Shown one piece after another: positions 57,271-64,000 of a stretch of DNA of 64,000 nucleotides. The notes beneath the pieces are model-generated. The model made no database searches. It was not told the DNA's origin and worked only from the letters and a program-made list of their open reading frames with translations. Position 1 is the stretch's first letter. Each line of letters begins with the position of its first letter. Origin of the DNA: Vicugna vicugna (taxonomy: Eukaryota); the NCBI GenBank assembly GCA_013265495.1, contig MU062841.1, positions 7,155,786 through 7,219,785 on the forward strand. Reading direction: 5' to 3'. The translations under genes were made by a program, and so were the position numbers.

Positions 57271-60200
57271 TCTAGGTTAAGATTTTAAAGCTGTTTTGGA
57301 ATTACCAAAACAGTCAATCATCTCACCTAAAATATTAAAGGAAACTCCAATGGAAACAGTAAAATGAATTCTTCAGTTTTTTTAAAGGAAACACTTAAGG
57401 AAAAGAAAACTATATTGTCCCTCTCAAATATCTCTCACAAGGCTTCAGGGAAGCCCAAGATAAAACAAAGTTTATTTGCATATATTTTTTACCAACAGAA
57501 ATGTAGATAACTAAAACATCATTTAGGACAATGGTTTTAAACTTTTTTTTTTAGTCACAATCCTTTGAATATCTAAAGAAAGCTATAGCTCCCTCCCCCA
57601 CAAAATGTAAATATACTTAAATTTAATATATAATTTCAGAGATTTCATAGACTGCAGATTAGAAACTCCTAATTTAAAGTTATTCCACTCAGATTTCACA
57701 AGGCATCTGTTATTCCCACATTCATCATTATATTGGGGGAAAAAAAACCCAAAACACTAGATGATGCCTTGTCTGTTTCACCAGTGATAAATCTTTGAAA
57801 AGCCAAATTAAAAAAAAAATCCAAAGGTACAGCCGACTGAAATAAAAACTAGATCTACTGCCAAATAAAACAAAACATTTATAATATAATAAGAATAAAA
57901 TATTTATAATGTTCATTGCTACATAGACATTTAACTTAAAAGATAAAACCTGGAAGAAACATTTACATATGCCATATTTTGTACAGACACACATACACAC
58001 ACACACGAAAATTTAACACTAGAAAAACTAACATACCAACAGAAAAACAGGCCAACTAACATGTAAATGTATTTATAATCCCATTTGTGTGTTTCTGTAT
58101 AATTCTTTACAGTAATAAAATTGCCTGAAAGATATACAATAGAGCTTGAATTTACCATACTTTTAAAAACTACTTTTAGAATTCAGGATAAAATTTCTTA
58201 TATTAATTATCTTTTCAAAATGAGATTACTACTCAGAATCTTTAAAAAATAATAAGGAAATGCAACAATTTCCCTGTTTTTCTTAAGTTCTATAGAATAG
58301 TTACTCAGCCTCACTTTCAAATCTATTCTACTTCTAAAGCAGCGAGCATACTGTTTGATGCACAGTAGGTACCTAAATAAAAACTGTCTAGATGAATGGG
58401 CCAGAGAATTCCCTGGGTATTTCCTATACCTAATGATCATAAGTGTTCTCCTCTGGCTTTTCTTTTAGGTAGTAGAACTAAAATGTCATAAGGGAAAAAA
58501 GAAGAAACAAATGAATTTTCCAGAAGAGTTGCCATAGTAACTGAATTGGATACCAATTTGTAACAGCTACAAAATCTAAACTATACTTCTCCAACAGCCT
58601 AAAGTCCAGAAGGGCAATATGGAAAAGAACGTAGGTCACTGGTATGGAAAAAGAGTTGTAGTCCAAGGACACATCTCATATAACTGTCTCTCCAATATTT
58701 CACTGCTAAAAAGATTACAGCAAACAGCTCCTGGCAACCCCAGCTCTCAGGGGACAGCCTAACTTGTGTTTTCATTAACAGGGATAAACCTAGAACAACT
58801 CTAAGCCAAAACCAGCCCTTGGCCACATAACAGTAAGAAGAAAAAGTTACTTATTTTCCTCTCAAGATGAGGTAAACACATAGAGAAGACTGCGGATAAA
58901 CAGCACAGTAGTGCTTTTACCCTGAATCAGAGCCGTTTAGGTTGTCCTCGTGTCTGAGACCACTAGATTAAATCAAAGTAAAAGGAGGGACCACAGCCAC
59001 ACTTCCCACAATCCTTTATCTCTGCCTTCTTGTCTAACTGCTATAAAACAGTTAACTGACTGATAACAAGGTTTACAAATTTTCTATAGTGGAGTAGAAT
59101 ACCCTACATATCACACAAGTGTCAGGCCAGAATAAAAGCTAACTGTGATCTGATGAAAAGGGATAAGCAGAGAGGGAGAGCTAGAAGAAACAGGCAAAAC
59201 ACAGAAGTGTCTCTAAACAACTACCCAAAGCCCAAAACTGCCCTCCAGTTATGCGTGGCTCACCCTCCGTTCAAAGTTCTGCTCCACACTACAGTATCAC
59301 TTGGTTTGTTTATAAGAATAGAGTAAGTTAAATTAGGACCAAATTGCTATGAAAAATCAAGAGCACTATGTAGGGTGTTATAGTACTATCATTTTTAATC
59401 TTAGCAGAAGTTTGGATTCTACTGTAATTCCAAGAAGATGCAACAAAGCCTCCTTCATGTCCTTCTCTAGAGCCCAACTGAGATTCCCCCTCTGCCACTG
59501 ACTCACAGAATCAAAGTGTGAGAGCCAGGAACTGAATGTACTTCTAGGACGAATCCTTTGGGGTATTCTCTCCAATATAATACATATTCACTAAAGAAAA
59601 TTATAAAACATTTCTTAATATTTTATGAATATTTTCCATGTTAACTATATGGAGTTTCTGAAGACTATCAGTTACATTAAAATTCTACCAAGTGCTTAAT
59701 CAGTCACCTATGTTGGATATTTATCCCGTTTCTAAATGTTTTCAGCCACTGAATAATTCTGCAAGGAACATCTTTGTACACAATGTTCTTCTGCATTTAT
59801 AATTAATTCCTTCAGAGAGATCTTAGAAGTGTAACTCCAAAATAAGAAAAAAAAAATTATTGCCCAAAAGCTTACCCAAAGGCTGTACATTTTTGTTCAA
59901 CCCCATCATTTTACAAATAAGAGTAAAGTCACTTACCAGCTAGTAGCAAAGGTGGAATAAGAGGAACCTGATTCCTAGTTTAGAATCCTTCTCACTATAC
60001 CACTGTTGCTCTTACCACATCACCTAGCAGGGCTGAGCTCCACAGGACTGTCGAAACAGGACAAAGTTTCAGATAGCCCATGCAGGAAAAAGGCTGGTTT
60101 CTCTCCATGTTCTGTCCACTTAATAGGGTTTTAAGTATTTTAGTTTAAGTCCACCAGTGATTCTCAACTCAAACACAAATCTTCCTTCTAGAACTTAAGC

Positions 60201-60668
60201 ATTTAACTTTATAAATACATTTAAAAATAAATCTATGCATTCATTCCTAACTTACACCAGACACAAAAATCAACTCAAAAGGGATTAAAGACTTGAATAT
60301 AAGATCTGAAACCATAAACTCCCATAAGAAACCATGGGGGGAAGATCCTTGACATCGGTCTTGGAGATGATTTTTTTTTTTATTTGACACCAAAAGCAAA
60401 GGCATCAAAAGTAAAAATAAACAAAGAGGACTACAGCAAACTAAATAGATCTGCACAGCAAAGGAAACCACCAGCAAAATGAAGAGGCAAATTACAGAAT
60501 GGTAGAAAATATTTGCAAATCATGTATCTGATAAGGGATTAATATCCAAATTATAAGAAGAACTCATACAACTCGATAGCAAAAAACAAACAAACAAACA
60601 AAAAAATACCAAACAATCTAACTTGAATCAGCAGAGGAACTGAATAGGTATTTTTCCAAAGACATTTA

Positions 60669-60797
60669 NNNNNNNNNNNNNNNNNNNNNNNNNNNNNNNN
60701 NNNNNNNNNNNNNNNNNNNNNNNNNNNNNNNNNNNNNNNNNNNNNNNNNNNNNNNNNNNNNNNNNNNNNNNNNNNNNNNNNNNNNNNNNNNNNNNNN
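60669..60797. other. Assembly gap (129 N)
   Basis: Run of N inside the L1. Confidence 1.
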
Positions 60798-60846
60798 AAG
60801 CTGTTGATGACATGAAGAAAAGGGAACCCTTGTGCAGAGTTGATGG

Positions 60847-61373
60847 TGTGGACAAAGAATGGCACCTGCCATTTCAGTAAACAAAGAATGTTGAGGCCAT
60901 CAAGCCATCAGCCGCTGCAGCCGCCCCTGAAGGTATACCCTGAGGGGAATTCCGGATGGAGAAAAACAGGTTGGCTGCCACCAAGACATCAGACTCTGCA
61001 GCCACCCACAATGGTGCACCCTGAGGGGATTCAGGATAGAGAAAAAAGGATACTGGCCCTTTAGGTAAGGTGCATATCAAAGGAATAATTTCAATAGGCC
61101 CAGACTCTTGCATCTTCCCATATACATAGAAAAGCACTAAATTCATTAACTTGAGATGTCTGGTTTTCTTTAATTAGCAGTAATGTTTTGATGTTCCAAA
61201 TCCCTGAGTTTTTTTCAAAAACTCCTATGTATCCTGGCTCCTCCCTTAACTCTTCAGAATAGTCCCTCAGAGCTATCTGAGAGGCTGTCTCCTGGGTTTA
61301 AGTCCTCAGTAAGTCCGCCAAATAAAACATAATTCTCAACTTCTAAGATGTGCTTTTTTTTTTTCAGTTGACA
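60847..61373 (+). mobile_element. ERV1-type solo LTR, antisense to IQGAP1
   Basis: TG...CA ends, AATAAA at 61321, 4-bp TSD atgg/gtgg; splits an L1 ORF2 sequence. Confidence 0.88.
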
Positions 61374-61478
61374 GTGGGAATGTAAATTGGTGTAGTCACT
61401 TCAGAGGCAATATGGAAGTTCCTCAAAAAATTAAAAACAGAACTTCCATATCATCCAGCAATCCAACTACTGGAGATA

Positions 61479-61830
61479 TAGTTATCCCTGGGTATCAACA
61501 GGGGATTGATTCTAGGACCCACATAGATAGGTAGCAAAATCCAAAGATGTTTAATTCCCATATATAAAATGTTGGAGCACTTGCATACAACCTAGGCACA
61601 TCCTCCTGCACACTTTAAATCATCTGTAGATTAATTATAATACCTAATGCAATGTAAACACTATATAAACAGTTATAAAACAATGTAGATGCTATGTAAA
61701 TATTTGCTGTCAAGCAGCAGATTCAAGTTTTGCTTTTTGAACTTCCTGGAATTATTTTTTTCCCTGAATATTTTCAATTCAGTAAGCTGAACTCACAGAT
61801 GCTAAACCTGTGGATATGGAGGGATGACTG
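61479..61830. mobile_element. MER2 (TcMar-Tigger) MITE
   Basis: Terminal inverted repeats agttatccctgggtatc / gatatggagggatgactg; internal cacatcctcc...ctttaaatcatct...tataatacctaat. Confidence 0.88.
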
Positions 61831-62391
61831 TGATATATGCGTCCTCGTGTTCACTGCAGCACTATTTCACAATAGCCAAGATATGGAAACAACCTAAGTG
61901 CCCAGGAATAACTGAATGGATAAATAGGCTGTGGTATATGTATACAAAGAAATAGTATTCAGCCATGAGAAAGAACAAAATCCTGTCACTGTGACAACAT
62001 GGGTGGATCCTGAGAGCATTATGCTAAGTGAAATAAACCAGACAGAGAAAGATAAATACGGCATAGTATCATTTATATGTGGAATCTAAAAGAAAAAGTC
62101 AAACATTTAGTGGTCGCTAGTGGGTAGAGGGTAGGGAAAATAGGGTGAGGTTGGTATAAGGATACAAACTTTCAGCTATAAGCTATAATAAGGTCTGAGT
62201 GATCTAATGTAAAATATACTGACTATAGTTGATAACACTGTATTGTATAATTGAAATTTGCAAGAGAGTAGAACTTAAATGTTCTTACATATAGACACAA
62301 AAAGATAAATATATGAGGTGATGGATATGTTAATTAACTAGATGGAGGGAATCTTTTCAAAATGTATACATATATCAAATCACCACAATGG

Positions 62392-62498
62392 TTGGCGGGG
62401 AGGGTGTAGCTCAGTTATAGAGCGCATGCTTAGCGTACATGAGGTCCCGGATTCAATCCCCAGTATCTCCATATAAGTAAACAAATAAACAAATATAT
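62392..62498 (+). mobile_element. vic-1-type SINE inserted into the L1 3'UTR
   Basis: 15-bp TSD aaatcaccacaatgg / aaatcaacacaatgg. Confidence 0.93.
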
Positions 62499-63254
62499 AA
62501 ATCAACACAATGGACTTACTTTAAACACTTTACAATTTTATATGCTATTTATACCTCAATAATGCTGAAATTAAAAAAATAAATCAATCTATGCACAAAA
62601 GAAAAGTCATTGGGTAATACAATTTTCATGTTACCAATTCTCATTTTAAAACTATCTTAAGTTTCAGAGAATTTCACAGTTGGAAGGCTTCTTTAAGATC
62701 TTCTAGTCTACCCCAACTCCTCCACTCCTCTCTCACCTCCCACTCCCTCCCTGACCTTAATGCCTGAATACTCTCATAACATCTTGGCTAAATCACGATG
62801 CAAGCTGACCCAGAACACTGATGCTGACATGGAATCACACATTCAGGTTAACCCATTTTATTTCTGGATTCTAGCAGCAGGAAAAAATTTATTAAGCAAG
62901 CACTAGTTCCCCACTGGCACCCTAAGCGGCCTTCTGGAGCAACACAACATATGGAATTAAAAATATAATGTGACTCACACTGGTTAGGGACTTAAAAAGA
63001 TCCGGATTTATATCCTGTCTCTATTATTTATCAACACAGCAAATTGCTTATCCAGTTTCTTCATTTGTTAAAAGGAAATAACATTACTTTCCAAATAGGT
63101 CTGTTGTTAAGGATTAATAAGATTATATGTGAAATGTGGAGCTGGCTCCACATGAAATGCACAACACTTGGCTGGGTATTTAAAAAATATTTGTCCTTTT
63201 ACTCCTTTCTCCTCACAGGATGAGTCATATGCTAACACTTTTGTAAGTAAAATT

Positions 63255-63400
63255 ATTTCCAGTTCCTTCAAGTACTCCTCATAAAATGAGAGGAAGAATA
63301 GCACCTACCTCATAGGATGACTGTGAGGATTAAAAGAAGTAATACACATAAAGTGTTAAGAACAGTGCCTGGAAGAGCACTCAGAACGTTAGCTGGTATT
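63255..63400 (+). mobile_element. MIR SINE
   Basis: cctcataaaatgag...aatagcacctacctcataggatgactgtgaggattaaa...aagtgttaagaacagtgcctgg. Confidence 0.85.
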
Positions 63401-64000
63401 ACTAGCAGTGTTAGACATTATTGCCTGGCCCTCCCATCTTTCTCACTCATCTCTGAACTCTCTCCAGCTGAACACTATGTTCCAGGTGTGGTCTGACTAG
63501 CCTGAAATGGACCAGATGATCACCCTTCATTCTAAACACTAAATAACTGCAAAGCCTTGATTAAATTATTTCATAACACTTTTCCAACCAACAGAAATTC
63601 TTAGTATCTTTTTCCCAAATATGCAGCTGTTAAACTCTATCTGTACAATTACATATTAGCATCATTATTTGCACTCATCTCTGTTACATTTCTTTATGTT
63701 TGATTCAGCCCATTGTCCCAAATATCAACATCTTTTGGGACCCTAATTCTGTTATCCAAAACATTAACTTCTCTTTCAGCTTCACATAATCCATAAATAT
63801 TAATAGGTTTTAAAGAATGATGGGGAGGTAACCAAACGGCCGAGGCAGAGAAGGCCTCCAAGCAGAAGAAATGCCATGTACAAAGGCAGAGAGGGCTGAG
63901 AAAACAACATGGGTTACACAGTAGCTCAGCACTGCCACTGCTGGCAAAAAAAGCACAAGGGGGACAATGGAGGTGGAGATAAAAAAAATGAGCAGGCTGG

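Larger units (their letters stand above)
60245..62580 (+). mobile_element. L1MA/MB-like ORF2-end and 3'UTR fragment, interrupted by an LTR, a MER2 and a vic-1
   Basis: cttacaccagacacaaaaatcaactcaaa...aagggaacccttgtgc / gtgggaatgtaaattgg...tccagcaatcc / gtgttcactgcagcact...gaaacaacctaagtg...tacctcaataa. Confidence 0.88.

Noticed and set aside
2127-62498. tRNA-Ala-like sequences as functional tRNA genes
   Set aside because: They have acceptor-stem mismatches, A-rich tails and, for most copies, target-site duplications, which identifies them as retroposed SINEs.
5197-62977. AP-1 motifs (TGASTCA) as an enhancer signal
   Set aside because: About ten scattered hits, roughly what chance gives in 64 kb, with no clear cluster.
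56620-64000. IQGAP1 exons 1-2
   Set aside because: No sequence encoding LDNERLTAEEMDERRRQ and no CpG island, so this is all intron 2.
1-64000. CRISPR arrays, operons, snoRNA/miRNA genes or a novel multi-gene system
   Set aside because: This is mammalian intragenic DNA. I saw no regularly spaced repeat array, convincing C/D or H/ACA box pair, or long hairpin, and the remaining small ORFs map to exons, repeats or gaps or look like chance.

Overview
Mammalian genomic DNA lying entirely inside the IQGAP1 gene, which is transcribed on the minus strand. The tRNA-Ala-derived vic-1-type SINEs, and the absence of any CHR or Bov-A SINE that I could recognise, point to a camelid (alpaca, llama or camel). 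I mapped 34 consecutive GT-AG coding exons (exons 3-36 in the recalled 38-exon human numbering, 56619 down to 3004). They total 4596 nt, join in one uninterrupted frame and correspond to about aa 52-1584: CH domain, six IQGAP repeats, WW, four IQ motifs, the inactive RasGAP-related domain and most of the RGCT. I did not find exons 1-2 or 37-38, so they should lie outside the window. The introns carry ordinary mammalian repeats: eight vic-1 SINEs, young and old L1 fragments, L2, MIR, CR1/L3, MLT1, MER21, an ERV1-type solo LTR, MER5 and MER2. There are two N gaps. I see no evidence of a new multi-gene system. The most interesting observations are modest: a SINE tail forming a strong cryptic splice acceptor, an L1-derived candidate intronic poly(A) site, Thr at the Ser1443 phosphosite, modular exon architecture of the IQGAP and IQ repeats, 8/8 antisense SINE orientation, and a multiply nested L1. 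Repeat family names come from recalled consensus sequences, not a database search, and repeat boundaries without target-site duplications are approximate.
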